Source: a virus (taxonomy: Duplodnaviria; Caudoviricetes). Taken from it: a stretch of 64,000 bases of DNA. The notes under the pieces were generated by a model. That model worked only from the letters and a program-made list of their open reading frames with translations. It searched no databases and was not told the origin of the DNA. How positions within the stretch are numbered: the stretch's first letter is position 1; each line of letters begins with the position of its first letter. Made by a program: the position numbers and the translations under genes. The stretch spans positions 32,001 to 96,000 of the IMG/VR virus record IMGVR_UViG_2718218393_000006; one strand, written 5' to 3'. This document shows positions 28,324-38,296 of this stretch, piece after piece.

Positions 28324-28999
28324 GGCGTGGTCTCACAACGGTTACGGTGCAGCGACGCCACCAGCCGCCATAAATGCCGATCTGGCTTGGCTGGTTGTAG
28401 AGCTGGTGAAGGATCCGGCTGTCGCCGAGATAGACGGCAACGTGGTTGACCACGTTGGCCTCGCACATCATGAAGATCAGATCGCCGCGCTGGATTTCGT
28501 CTGTTACGACGTCCACCGGCGCCGAAGCCAACCAGGCGGCAAACGGATTCTCGCCATGTCGCCAGAAGTCCTCTCTGGCCTCGGCGCGGGGCAGCCTGAT
28601 GCCGGTTTCGCACCGGTGCCAGTCCTGCGCCAGGCTGAAGCAGTCAAACATTCCCCAGCAGAATGGCCGGCCCTCGTAAGGCGCCTGCCAGCCGCCCGGA
28701 TCGGTCAGCGTGTGCTCGCCGTTCGGCCAGCTGACGATGTGCCAGGGCAGTCCGGTCCGCTCGCACATCACACGATCCACAAGCGACGGCTCAGCAGTGT
28801 CGTCGGGGTGGCTGTGCCAGATGCCGACGACTCGGCCCAATTGCTCCGCGGCGGCGTAATCTACCGGGTCGAGCTCGAACTGCGAGCGGGGATCGCCGGC
28901 GATGTTCCTGCACGGGTAGACGCGCCCGGAGTCCAGCAGCACTCCGCAGGCCTCCTGCGGGTGCGCCAGCTCCGCCAGGTGAAGCATTTCGTTGATCAT
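28316..28999 (-). CDS. Tail assembly protein K (JAB + NlpC/P60)
   Basis: PQEACG, WHSHP, DCFSL, NHVAVYLG. Confidence 0.88.
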   Translation of the reverse strand: MINEMLHLAELAHPQEACGVLLDSGRVYPCRNIAGDPRSQFELDPVDYAAAEQLGRVVGIWHSHPDDTAEPSLVDRVMCERTGLPWHIVSWPNGEHTLTDPGGWQAPYEGRPFCWGMFDCFSLAQDWHRCETGIRLPRAEAREDFWRHGENPFAAWLASAPVDVVTDEIQRGDLIFMMCEANVVNHVAVYLGDSRILHQLYNQPSQIGIYGGWWRRCTVTVVRPRHE

Positions 29000-29057
29000 C
29001 AGGGTTCCAGGAACGAAGAAACCCGCCGAAGCGGGTTGTTGGTTGTATTGAGGTCGT

Positions 29058-29756
29058 TCAGCCGTAGCGACGCAGCCCCAGCAGCCCGGGGAAGTTGGTC
29101 TGGTTCCCACGGCACTGGCAGTCGCTATAGCGCTTGCCGCACGCATCCTTGTTGGTATCACTCGTCGGCTTGCCGTCGACGTCGAACATGGCCGCGCTGG
29201 CATAGCCGCACGCCGCGCTCCGATACTGTGTCTGAGCAGGGCAATAGACGCTGGCCATTGTGTTTGGAACCGTCTTGCCCTCCAGATCCAGCGCGCTCAC
29301 CAGCTCAAACTGCAGAACCGTGCCGTCATCCTGGGTACGCCGGTTCACGAACCAGATTTCCTGCTGGTGGAACTCGGGCGAGCCCGCCAGCGCGCCGCCG
29401 TCCAGGAACTTGGCGTAGGTGACCATGCGCGTCACCCTCCAACCGGCCAGGCCTTTGAACTGACGCACCAGCTGGGTGAAGATGCCGTAGATCGGGCCAT
29501 TGGCGCCCATCACCGCGTTCGCAATGGACAGTGTGGGCCGCGGCGCGCTGCCCTGGACGGACTTTTCGAATCCCTCGGCCTGGATTGCCCAGGGCTGATA
29601 CTGCTGCCCCATGAAGCTGATCGGGTTGGTGCTGGCGTCTGTGCCGGCCGGCGTGAAGTACTGCGTCGGGTACTGCGTGCCTGGCGGCGGGGCCAATTGA
29701 AAAAGCTCCACCCTTGCATCAAGGGTGAAGCCTTGGACGTCTTGCTGGATTTGCAT
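29058..29756 (-). CDS. Minor tail protein L
   Basis: PRPTLSIAN; four C-terminal Cys. Confidence 0.88.
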   Translation of the reverse strand: MQIQQDVQGFTLDARVELFQLAPPPGTQYPTQYFTPAGTDASTNPISFMGQQYQPWAIQAEGFEKSVQGSAPRPTLSIANAVMGANGPIYGIFTQLVRQFKGLAGWRVTRMVTYAKFLDGGALAGSPEFHQQEIWFVNRRTQDDGTVLQFELVSALDLEGKTVPNTMASVYCPAQTQYRSAACGYASAAMFDVDGKPTSDTNKDACGKRYSDCQCRGNQTNFPGLLGLRRYG

Positions 29757-29770
29757 ATTAAAACTCTAGG

Positions 29771-30442
29771 TTATTTACTAGCAGACGCTGCTGCCAGAGC
29801 AGGTGCAGATGCATCAGTCTTTTTTTTAGGATCGGCCCCATTGACTGGCTTATGGTTGTCAACTGGCAAATCAGCAACCTTCTGAAGGAGATCCGAATCA
29901 ACTTTGGAAGAACCCATTGCGCAGTCTGCCGCCATCATTATTGATCCGAATACAATTTTCTTATTCGAGTCCGCACCGGCACTCTCGCTTTCTTTAAGAA
30001 TGACCGAAACATCTTGCACATACGCCTGATTGACCGCACTCATTCTTTTGTAAGACAAAATGCTTGAAAAAGTTTTATCCATTGTGCCCTGTATACCATT
30101 TGCTGCTCCAGACATTCCAGCCCAACCTTTTGCAGCAGTCCCCTTTGCGACCACAGACAACACTGAGCCAGAAAGAACACCCACCGACCCGACTAAAAGC
30201 TTAGAGCCATCATCAAGCGCGCCGCCAGCTTCATAGTAATTCAAAACCTGTCGACAGAATGTAGTTGCCTTAATATAAGTGGAAATCGCATCTTCAGATG
30301 TGCAGAACTCAGAATTTTTCTTCAAACAAGGGAAATTGTTTTCATCTTGCCAAGGCCATTGCGCACGAAACGCAACACAGCCAGACTCCAAAACAAGAAT
30401 AGCACTCAAAAAAGCCAATTTAGCCGCATCCATATCATCCAC
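29771..30442 (-). CDS. Low-GC putative lipoprotein/exported moron between M and L
   Basis: Hydrophobic N-terminus ending ESGC; AT-rich with its own upstream region. Confidence 0.65.
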   Translation of the reverse strand: MDDMDAAKLAFLSAILVLESGCVAFRAQWPWQDENNFPCLKKNSEFCTSEDAISTYIKATTFCRQVLNYYEAGGALDDGSKLLVGSVGVLSGSVLSVVAKGTAAKGWAGMSGAANGIQGTMDKTFSSILSYKRMSAVNQAYVQDVSVILKESESAGADSNKKIVFGSIMMAADCAMGSSKVDSDLLQKVADLPVDNHKPVNGADPKKKTDASAPALAAASASK

Positions 30443-30564
30443 CTAACCGATTCACTTTTTCTATTTAGCTCCTTATTCCCAGGAATATTATTAGAGGTAT
30501 TACTTACCAATCAAAATTCCAACATCATTTTCATCAACGTTTAATATCCCACTCCTCTTTAAAT

Positions 30565-30909
30565 CTAATTTGCATCAAAAACTTGCTCGAAAATACAAAT
30601 GAGACTAACTACGCCCATCACTGGATCCGTACGTTTCCAAGGCTTCTGGCAAACAACTTTGACCTTATTGCCATCCGCCCCCGTGAACCAGAACCAGGAC
30701 ACGCCGCGTTGTTTTGTCAGAAAAACATCAATCGCAGCAATTTCAACCGGTGACCGGTTGTTGAAAGCCAATGTGAATGTGTCGGCCAGATTGTTGATCC
30801 CGGCCGGCGCCCGCTGGCTGTAGCCATCACCAAACTTGGAAACCGTCACCGCTGGCGCGGTTTCGGTCTCCATGTTCACGGATGGCGTCCAAGTGAATGT
30901 ATCCGCCAC
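30565..30909 (-). CDS. Minor tail protein M
   Basis: KFGDGYSQR..GIN, FEQVF. Confidence 0.9.
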   Translation of the reverse strand: MADTFTWTPSVNMETETAPAVTVSKFGDGYSQRAPAGINNLADTFTLAFNNRSPVEIAAIDVFLTKQRGVSWFWFTGADGNKVKVVCQKPWKRTDPVMGVVSLICIFEQVFDAN

Positions 30910-33782
30910 TATGCGTTCCTCGCGCCGTAAAGCATGCCGCCCTGCCGCAACTCTGCGGCGATGCCCTGTTTCACCATGGCCTTCATTGCCTCGGCCATGC
31001 CAGCCATCATCGCGCTGCCCTGGGCATCCCCTTGCGTCTGCTTGCCGCCGGCATCTTGATAAATCACCGTCTGGTTGATCACCACGTCGCCACCGCCTGC
31101 GCCTCCGGACGCTCGCACGCCCAGCCGACCATCAGCGCCGCGCGTCAGTGGCATTACTGCCTCCGGCCCGGCCTCGCCCAATACTCCCAGCCCTCCGGCA
31201 TGCGCGAACCCGGTAGGCCTGTCGAACACGCCTCCATTTGCGAAGAACTGCACGCCGCGCGACCATGCCCCACCATCTGCCTGCGCGGTCCATGTCGGAG
31301 TGCCGACCTCCACCGGCGCCGCCGCCTGGGTCGGCACCATGCCGGAAATGAAGCCCACCGCCTGCGTTAACAGGCCGGCAGCAGCCTTCGCCACCATGAT
31401 CTTCTCGATCTCCTGCAGGATCGCCGCGGCGAAGCTCTTCCAGCCAAGCTTGCCGGTCTCGAAGAATTGGGTGAGCGTGGACTCCATGCTGTGCGTCATG
31501 GAATTGAAGACTCCGCTGGCAGCGCGCGCATTGTTGTTGGCAATGTCCTGATACGATGCCCAGGCATCCGCCCAGCCAGTGGACCACCGCTGCTGAAGCT
31601 CAATCTCTTGCTGGATGGCCGGGATTTCCTGCTCCCGCCGGACTTTTGCCCCCTGGCGCAGTTGCTCAACGACTTGCGGGTATTGGGCGATAAACTCCTG
31701 GTCCGTCAGGTTGACCTTGCTGGCCGCGGTGGAGATGGCGGCCCGCAGATCCTGCTCGATCTTCAGCTGCGCAGCGTAGAGTTTGCGTGCCTGCGTCGAT
31801 GCGCCGACCAGATCACGCTCTTGCTGCAACTGAGCCAGTTGCTGAGCGGTGGCACCGCGCCACTTGTTGCCAGCATCCAGCGCGGACTTGCTCGCCAGTT
31901 CCTGGTTGTGAGCGGCCAGCCGATCCTCCATGTACTTGCGCTGCAACGGGATCACCTGCTGGTACTCGGCAATCGCGTTCTTGATCTGGCCGTCGCTCAT
32001 CTGCCCCAAGCGGAACTGCTGCGGCATGTTGAGCTGCGTGCGCAGCTCGGTGATCCGCTTCTCCGCAGCGGTCAGCTTCGCTAGCCGGCTATCGTCGCCG
32101 TCGGCCAGCATGCCGATCTGCGCCCTAGCCTCCGCCAGCATCGCCTGGGCGCGCGCCATCTCCTGATCAGTCTGGCGGGCGGCGTGGTCGATCTTGGTGC
32201 GCGGCGGCTTCTTGTCCTTGTATTTCTCGTTGATCGCAGCGATGGCGTTATTGCGCATCTTTGGCGTGACCTGATCGCCTGCCATGATCATTGCGTCGAA
32301 GTCGCGCATGCGTTCCGCGATTTCCTTCTGGCGCTTCTCTGCCGGGCTGGCAAACTCAGTTTGGAAGCGGTCGTATCGAGCGCGGGCTGCAATTCCTTCT
32401 TGGTTGACTTGCTCGACTTGGGCCTTCAATTGAGCGGCACTGGTTTCCTTCGCCAGATCGGCCTGGAGCTTTGCATTTCTCGCTCTTAATGCGTCAGCTC
32501 GCGCCTTATTGCCCGCGCCATACCCCGAGTTTGTCGGCGCCGCCATCAGACTGGCGATTTCCGCTTTGTTTGCCGCAATCTCCTCAGCCTTGGACTCCTC
32601 CCTCCCCCACCCCTTCATTGCATCCCACGCTTTGCGGACGCCCATAGCGACGCCCTCCCAAGCCATGGCGATATAGCTTAGATTCGGCCCACTGACATTC
32701 TTCAGGTGGTCGTCCAGGGCCTTGGACAGGGCCAGCTGGGCACCTTGCACATCTCCCGACCTCTGAAGAGCCACGATCTGCTCGTACTGGGCCAGCGTCA
32801 GGAAATGCATCTGGTTGTTGAGCTCGACAGCACTCTTGGAAGGGTCGCTTAGTGCCTTGGCAAACTTGGTCGCGGCATCTGCGGCATCGCCGCCGGTAAG
32901 CTTGGCATAGCGCTGCGCCGCATCGGTAATCAGCTCAATCTGCTTACCGCCCACCTGGCCAGTCTGGATCATCTGATCCATCAACTCGCGCATGGATCCG
33001 GCGCTGACGTGGTTGGCGTCCGCCAGCCGCTGGGCCATGGTCTCAAACGACGACGAGGTCATCCCGACATAGTTGCCGGTCAACGCTATGGCGTTGTTGA
33101 AGGCCTTGGCCTCTTGAGTGCCTTGGTAAAAAGCTACCGCAATGGCACCAACCGAGGCCACGCCGGCAGTGGCCATCAGGCCGAACGGAGAAACCAGCGC
33201 ACCCAGCATTTCATGCAGGCCGCCGGCGCGCTCCATCAGCACCATGAACGAGCCGGGCATGCGGCTGAAGTTGCCAGTCATGGCCTCGTGGGCCAGGACA
33301 ATCAGCTCTCGGGTCGAGCCCGCATTGGCGAAGGTCAGCGCCTTGAATCCCTCGGCGGACGCGACGGCAGTACGGCCGGCAAGCTCCTCCGCCTTCGCGG
33401 CGGCCTTGGCGGCCTCCTCCTCCCGGTGCCAGGCATCGATCTTCTTGCCGATGTCGTAGGCCTGCTGCTGGATCTGCTGGCTGAAGCCACTGTACTGGGC
33501 CTGCAGAGCAGCTTGCTCAGCCTTGTTCTTGCCCAGCATATCCAGCTGCTTCTGCAGCGACTGGATATAGGCATTGGCGGCGCGCTCACTTCGCTGGATG
33601 GCTTCAACCGTCGCATCAACACCGGGCACATAGTCGTGCGCCATCTTGCGGCCGGCGCCGCCGGCGGAGATCGTTGCCTGCTCCGTGCGGCCGGCCGCAT
33701 CCGTCACTCTGTCCAGCGCCTTGGTCGCCTCATCCAGTTGGCTGGTATCGACCGAAAACCCAAGCTCTGCGTTGTCAGCCAT
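30909..33782 (-). CDS. Tail tape measure protein
   Basis: 957 aa Ala-rich helical protein; FANGG and GEAGPEAVMPL. Confidence 0.92.
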   Translation of the reverse strand: MADNAELGFSVDTSQLDEATKALDRVTDAAGRTEQATISAGGAGRKMAHDYVPGVDATVEAIQRSERAANAYIQSLQKQLDMLGKNKAEQAALQAQYSGFSQQIQQQAYDIGKKIDAWHREEEAAKAAAKAEELAGRTAVASAEGFKALTFANAGSTRELIVLAHEAMTGNFSRMPGSFMVLMERAGGLHEMLGALVSPFGLMATAGVASVGAIAVAFYQGTQEAKAFNNAIALTGNYVGMTSSSFETMAQRLADANHVSAGSMRELMDQMIQTGQVGGKQIELITDAAQRYAKLTGGDAADAATKFAKALSDPSKSAVELNNQMHFLTLAQYEQIVALQRSGDVQGAQLALSKALDDHLKNVSGPNLSYIAMAWEGVAMGVRKAWDAMKGWGREESKAEEIAANKAEIASLMAAPTNSGYGAGNKARADALRARNAKLQADLAKETSAAQLKAQVEQVNQEGIAARARYDRFQTEFASPAEKRQKEIAERMRDFDAMIMAGDQVTPKMRNNAIAAINEKYKDKKPPRTKIDHAARQTDQEMARAQAMLAEARAQIGMLADGDDSRLAKLTAAEKRITELRTQLNMPQQFRLGQMSDGQIKNAIAEYQQVIPLQRKYMEDRLAAHNQELASKSALDAGNKWRGATAQQLAQLQQERDLVGASTQARKLYAAQLKIEQDLRAAISTAASKVNLTDQEFIAQYPQVVEQLRQGAKVRREQEIPAIQQEIELQQRWSTGWADAWASYQDIANNNARAASGVFNSMTHSMESTLTQFFETGKLGWKSFAAAILQEIEKIMVAKAAAGLLTQAVGFISGMVPTQAAAPVEVGTPTWTAQADGGAWSRGVQFFANGGVFDRPTGFAHAGGLGVLGEAGPEAVMPLTRGADGRLGVRASGGAGGGDVVINQTVIYQDAGGKQTQGDAQGSAMMAGMAEAMKAMVKQGIAAELRQGGMLYGARNA

Positions 33783-34137
33783 TGCTGCTCCTCGATTCGA
33801 AATACACCATGTCCAACTGCATGATCAGCTCCACCTCGCGCGGCGACGGATTCGTCTGGGTCATGGCATTCCATGCCGCCATATCAGCCCAGCCGATGGG
33901 CAGAGGCCCAAACTCCGACTGCCCGCGGCGAACGGAGAGCTCACCGAACCAGCGCCAAACGCCGGAGAGCAACTCAGGAAATGCGCAAGGCGGGTCAAGA
34001 TCAGCCGGCCGGATGCCGGTGGCCTTCCAGATGGATTGCAGGTGCCGCGCCGGCGCTACGCCGTCGGCGCCTGGTCGGTGGAGTCGGAAGTAGTGCTTTG
34101 CCCAGTCGAGGAGTCGCCGGGCTTGCTCCCGAAAAAA
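33775..34137 (-). CDS. Tail assembly chaperone T part, reached by -1 frameshift
   Basis: The -1 frame is open from the slippery site (FREQARRLLDWAKHYF...) into LSGVWRWFGEL... Confidence 0.75.
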   Translation of the reverse strand, partial: FFREQARRLLDWAKHYFRLHRPGADGVAPARHLQSIWKATGIRPADLDPPCAFPELLSGVWRWFGELSVRRGQSEFGPLPIGWADMAAWNAMTQTNPSPREVELIMQLDMVYFESRSSNG

Positions 34138-34529
34138 CTCTCGTCGTCCAGATGGGCACGCTGCACCTGACGCTGTATCCAGGCGTGGCGGCGCATCAGC
34201 TGCAGCACAACCTCGGGGCTGTATGCCACCGGCTGGCCATTGTCGGTCAGGCCGGCGAGCCCTACGACTACAGCCGCCGCGCGCCGAGCCTCCAAATCGT
34301 CCTTCTCGGCATCGGTCAGCGGCAGATTCTCGCGCCCCTCCTTGAAGGCAGCGGCGGCGCGCTGGAACAGCTCAGCCTCTATCTGGCGGTCGTGGTGACG
34401 CACGCGCGCCGACTCGCGGCCGACGATGTCCAGCACCAGGCCATTCGGTCGCAGCGTCAGCGGATCGAGGATTTTCAGCGGTTGAGCGACATCGGCCAGA
34501 TCGGCCAGGCTCGGGGAGGAAAGGTCCAT
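34056..34529 (-). CDS. Tail assembly chaperone G
   Basis: Between tail tube and tape measure; slippery GAGTTTTTTC at 34131-34140. Confidence 0.8.
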   Translation of the reverse strand: MDLSSPSLADLADVAQPLKILDPLTLRPNGLVLDIVGRESARVRHHDRQIEAELFQRAAAAFKEGRENLPLTDAEKDDLEARRAAAVVVGLAGLTDNGQPVAYSPEVVLQLMRRHAWIQRQVQRAHLDDESFFGSKPGDSSTGQSTTSDSTDQAPTA

Positions 34530-34589
34530 GCAATGGCTCCAGAAATGAGAAAACCCCGCCGTAGCGGGGTTCTGCTGTGTATTTGCGGC

Positions 34590-34916
34590 TTATCGCAATA
34601 GCCGGCTGATTGCCGCCTGCGCTTCAATAAGCCCGGTTACCGTGAACGGCAAGTGCTGCGCCTCGTTGTGAAGCGAGTCCAGTATCCGCTGCGCCTCCTC
34701 GGCGTGATAGCCACGAATCGCCCCGACATTGGCCTGGGCGTGCTGGATGTGCTCGGTGATGGCGATCATGTGCGACTGCGCCACGCGCTCCGGCGTGTCC
34801 TCGCCGCGATGCAGCGGAATCACTGCATCCGGCGGGGTGTAGCCGACCTGCCGTACGCGCGGGCGCGCCAGCAGCAGGATCAGCAGGAATGAGGTGATGG
34901 CGAGGAAGATTCCCAT
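34590..34916 (-). CDS. Small membrane-anchored moron
   Basis: N-terminal TM; followed by terminator hairpin 34550-34572. Confidence 0.6.
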   Translation of the reverse strand: MGIFLAITSFLLILLLARPRVRQVGYTPPDAVIPLHRGEDTPERVAQSHMIAITEHIQHAQANVGAIRGYHAEEAQRILDSLHNEAQHLPFTVTGLIEAQAAISRLLR

Positions 34917-34930
34917 GCCATCATTCTACA

Positions 34931-36148
34931 TCAGGCGGAGTTGCTCCGCTGGATCAGCAGGTTCGTACCGTACTGCGTGCCGGTCTGCGCTGCCGTGCCC
35001 GGATCGGCCAGCGCCTGTGCCTTGATGTTCAGCAGCACGCCGGCGTTCAGCTTGATATCTTCGTCGGCGGACAGGATCTTCACGTTCCCCATCCGCAGCT
35101 TGATGAAGTCCACGCCATTGACGTCGAAGAACGGCAGATCAATCGCCACGTTGGTCTCATTGCGGAAGGCCTGCACCAGCGCCTGATCGCTGAAGTAGGC
35201 CGTGAAGTCGATGGTGACCTCATTGGTGCCCTCGATGATGGCCGGCGCCACCTTGGAACCCAGCACGCCGTCCGCGGCTTTCCGGCCATTCTGCAGGTTC
35301 AGCGTCATGCTGGTGATGTTGCCGACCGGCTGGCCGCCGATATACAGCGGCGCGCTGAACGCATCCATCGGCGCATTGGTTGGCGCGGCCGGATAGGTGG
35401 CGCCGTTGGCGACAGTGCCCTGCACCGAGTTTAGACCGACGAAATCGAAGCTCACCTTCACCATCTCATTCGGCTTGGCCGTGATGGTCATCTTGTCGAC
35501 GCACATGCCGGTGAACAGCTCGTATACGCCATTGCCCGGGATGTAGTGCTCGATGGCCATCGAGCCGGGCAGCGATGTGGCCAGGCCAACGGCCAAGTAC
35601 TTGCCGATCACCGACACGGATCGACCAGCAGCGGCGGCCTCGTCGACCAACGCACTGCCAGCAGGCGAGATGACGGTCAGCGTCAGCGCCTGGGCCGTCA
35701 CCGCGTTGATCTGTGCAATGGCTACGTTATTGGCTCCTGCGGTGAAGCCTGCCAGCTTCACCCACACGCCGGCCATGAAGCCGTCGGCGATCCAGGATCC
35801 GGCCGAGCGGGTGACCGTGCCGGCGGCGCCGGCAATCGCTACCGACCCGGTGAAGGCCGGCCCGCTCACCCAAGAGTTGTCCATCGCGCAGGCCAACTCA
35901 TCGTCCCAGCCGCCCAGCAGCAGGTTGCCGTCGAACTGGTAGTTCGCCTTGTACATGCCCAGGCGCATGGACAGCACCTGGCGCGATACATTCAGCTCAT
36001 CGGACTTCAGGGCATCGCGCTGGAACTGCGGCTTCAGGCTGGTGATTCGCTTCACCTTGAATGCCGGGCTTGCCGGCAGCACGCCCTGCGCAGTTTCTAC
36101 GCAGGTCGCTAGCCGGACACCAGAGCCGGCGGGGATATTCATTGCCAT
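34931..36148 (-). CDS. Major tail tube protein
   Basis: 405 aa beta-rich; SDELNVSRQ, FTAYFSD; follows the tail terminator gene. Confidence 0.8.
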   Translation of the reverse strand: MAMNIPAGSGVRLATCVETAQGVLPASPAFKVKRITSLKPQFQRDALKSDELNVSRQVLSMRLGMYKANYQFDGNLLLGGWDDELACAMDNSWVSGPAFTGSVAIAGAAGTVTRSAGSWIADGFMAGVWVKLAGFTAGANNVAIAQINAVTAQALTLTVISPAGSALVDEAAAAGRSVSVIGKYLAVGLATSLPGSMAIEHYIPGNGVYELFTGMCVDKMTITAKPNEMVKVSFDFVGLNSVQGTVANGATYPAAPTNAPMDAFSAPLYIGGQPVGNITSMTLNLQNGRKAADGVLGSKVAPAIIEGTNEVTIDFTAYFSDQALVQAFRNETNVAIDLPFFDVNGVDFIKLRMGNVKILSADEDIKLNAGVLLNIKAQALADPGTAAQTGTQYGTNLLIQRSNSA

Positions 36149-36163
36149 AGTGGCCTCGTGTGG

Positions 36164-36571
36164 TTATGGATTGCAGTAGCCGTAGTAACTGATGCTGATC
36201 GGCAGATAGGACCATGTGTCGGTGTGGATCGCCCGACCGCGGCTGGGCGGCTTGTCGACCCGGACGAAGCCGTCGCTGGCCGGCAACGCCAGCCCACGAC
36301 GGAATAGAGCTTCCACCTGGTCCGCCATCTGGCCGGCCAGCCCGGTGCCCTCGCCCGTCGCCGTGCACGCCATCACCTGAAAGATGCCAGCGGCGCGGTT
36401 CATCGCATCCTCACCAATGCCGGCAGCAACGCTGCCCGCCGGCAGGTTGTCCACTCGCAGGTATGGCCGCGCCAGATCCGGTGTAAACGTCACGTCCTCC
36501 CAGGCGATGGGATAGGCGGTGAGCTGTGCCAAGTGCGCGCACAGCGCCGCCTCCATGTCGGATGGGGTCAT
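36164..36571 (-). CDS. Tail terminator-like protein (DUF4128-like)
   Basis: IAWEDVTFTP, GIFQV, ADQVEALFRRG. Confidence 0.7.
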   Translation of the reverse strand: MTPSDMEAALCAHLAQLTAYPIAWEDVTFTPDLARPYLRVDNLPAGSVAAGIGEDAMNRAAGIFQVMACTATGEGTGLAGQMADQVEALFRRGLALPASDGFVRVDKPPSRGRAIHTDTWSYLPISISYYGYCNP

Positions 36572-37176
36572 TTGTTGCTCCGATTGATCTGGTTTTGCAG
36601 AATGCGCGGCTCATGCACCCTGCCATAGTCGGCGATGTAGGAGGTTTGGCTGGTGCTGGTATTGGTGAGCCTGCTGGCGAGGCCGGGCGCGTTGTAGCTG
36701 GCCGCCTCCGTCAGGTTCATGGTCTTGCCGATAGCATCGAAGACGAATCCCTTCCACTTGACGCACGACACGCGGAACATGCCCTGCGGCGCCTGCGTGG
36801 AGTAACCGTTCACAGTTCGCTCCGTCTGCCTGTCGAACCCCTTCAGCAGGCGATACAGCCCGTATTCCAGAATCGGGCCATACGGCGCTGAGTTGGTCAG
36901 ATAGAACACGTCGCCCAGCTTCAGCTCGTCGACCACGGCGCGAATCCGCATCGCGGTTGGCACGCCATCCGTATCGGTGTCCATGGTCCATGTCGTGTCG
37001 GGCGCGTTCAGGCTGGCCCGCATGTTGGCCATGAACTGGCCGGTGTCGATTGGCGTCGCGGCGCCCTGCAGCACCTCGTCGACCAGCTCGACTATCGCCA
37101 CCTTCGCGACATTCTCCATACGGAGCCGCTGGTGGTCCGCCATAGCCCGGACCTGGGCTTGAAATGAAATGCCCAT
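36568..37176 (-). CDS. HK97 gp10-like tail completion protein
   Basis: TPIDTGQF, NSAPYGPILEYG, STQAPQGM. Confidence 0.75.
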   Translation of the reverse strand: MGISFQAQVRAMADHQRLRMENVAKVAIVELVDEVLQGAATPIDTGQFMANMRASLNAPDTTWTMDTDTDGVPTAMRIRAVVDELKLGDVFYLTNSAPYGPILEYGLYRLLKGFDRQTERTVNGYSTQAPQGMFRVSCVKWKGFVFDAIGKTMNLTEAASYNAPGLASRLTNTSTSQTSYIADYGRVHEPRILQNQINRSNK

Positions 37177-37194
37177 TTGCCCACCTGCTCACTT
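37170..37194. repeat. Second short copy of the 8-bp centromere-like array
   Basis: tgcccatt tgcccacc tgctcact t at a gene junction. Confidence 0.5.
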
Positions 37195-37551
37195 GCGAAT
37201 CAGCAGTTCATGGGTAACAGCCACGCCTTGAGCGGACTCCGTAGCCACATGGGACACATTCCAGATTGCGCCATCCACGACCACAGAGTCATTTGGCGAT
37301 GGCACAAAGGGAACAACAATGGCAGCCACAATCAATCGACGGTCTCCGGCTTGTATCGACGTGCCGTTCACCTCTCCAGCGCCGATTTTTTGCGATACCC
37401 CTTTGCCCGTGTACTTAGCCACGACCGGTGAGGTGCGCCTCGATACTGGGTCAAATTGGCCTGAGCCAGTCGCATGACTAAGCGTTATCGGTGCTCCGTA
37501 TTTTTCGATCTGATCGGCAGCAATCTTGGCCATTCTCTGCCCAAGCGACAT
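37189..37551 (-). CDS. Head closure / head-tail joining protein
   Basis: GTSIQAGDRRL motif; synteny. Confidence 0.7.
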   Translation of the reverse strand: MSLGQRMAKIAADQIEKYGAPITLSHATGSGQFDPVSRRTSPVVAKYTGKGVSQKIGAGEVNGTSIQAGDRRLIVAAIVVPFVPSPNDSVVVDGAIWNVSHVATESAQGVAVTHELLIRK

Positions 37552-37552
37552 G

Positions 37553-38044
37553 TCAGCACCTCACCAGCTTGGAGCCGAACCCATTCAGCCAATGGCTGAT
37601 CTTGTTCATGATGATGTCCGGCAATTCGCGTTGGATTCGCCCCGGCCGATAATTCACCTGAAGCGAGCCGATGCGCACCATTGAAAGCCCGAGCGCGCCC
37701 TCGTCCTCGGTGCGGTCTTCCTTCAGCAGCATGCCAGCAAGCTCTGCAGTGCAATCCAGCAGAACCCGCGGCATCTGGTTCTGAAGGATGTAGATGCCGT
37801 CGCGGTCGAACATCCCCGCGCGCGGCCAGCGCAACGACTGGCCGATCCGGATGCGCTGCCCCTTCCAGGGCAACTCATCCAGCAGTCGGGTCGCCATCAC
37901 CAGCGCCGCTGCTTTCTGGTCTGCGGTTGCCCCGGTCCAGGCATCGGCATAGAGCCTGGTCTGCCAGAAGGCATCTGCATAGGCGACATCGCAGTAGCTA
38001 TTGGAAGTCGGGCCGCCGACAGTCGTATCAAGCAGGAGCGCCAT
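37553..38044 (-). CDS. Head-tail connector (family often annotated DnaT-like)
   Basis: NSYCDVAYADAF, QSLRWPR. Confidence 0.7.
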   Translation of the reverse strand: MALLLDTTVGGPTSNSYCDVAYADAFWQTRLYADAWTGATADQKAAALVMATRLLDELPWKGQRIRIGQSLRWPRAGMFDRDGIYILQNQMPRVLLDCTAELAGMLLKEDRTEDEGALGLSMVRIGSLQVNYRPGRIQRELPDIIMNKISHWLNGFGSKLVRC

Positions 38045-38249
38045 CGCCTTCACCGCCTTGAGTCTGGCCGTCCGTGTCATCGGCCCTCTTTTTCGGCTTG
38101 GCCTTTTCGCTGTACGGCTTATGCAGCTTCGGGTCGAAGTCTTCCTTGTTGATCACCACAAAGCCGTCAACGACGTCCGAGTTCACGACCTGAACGGTCG
38201 ACTGCGAGTAGTCATAGTTCGGCACGGTGCCAATAACGAGCGGGTCCAT
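38028..38249 (-). CDS. Small phage protein after capsid
   Basis: VVINKEDFDPKLH motif; AGGAG RBS. Confidence 0.6.
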   Translation of the reverse strand: MDPLVIGTVPNYDYSQSTVQVVNSDVVDGFVVINKEDFDPKLHKPYSEKAKPKKRADDTDGQTQGGEGDGAPA

Positions 38250-38296
38250 ACTTTCTCCTGAAGTGGGAATGGCGAGGAGAAGCCCTCGCCATTGGT

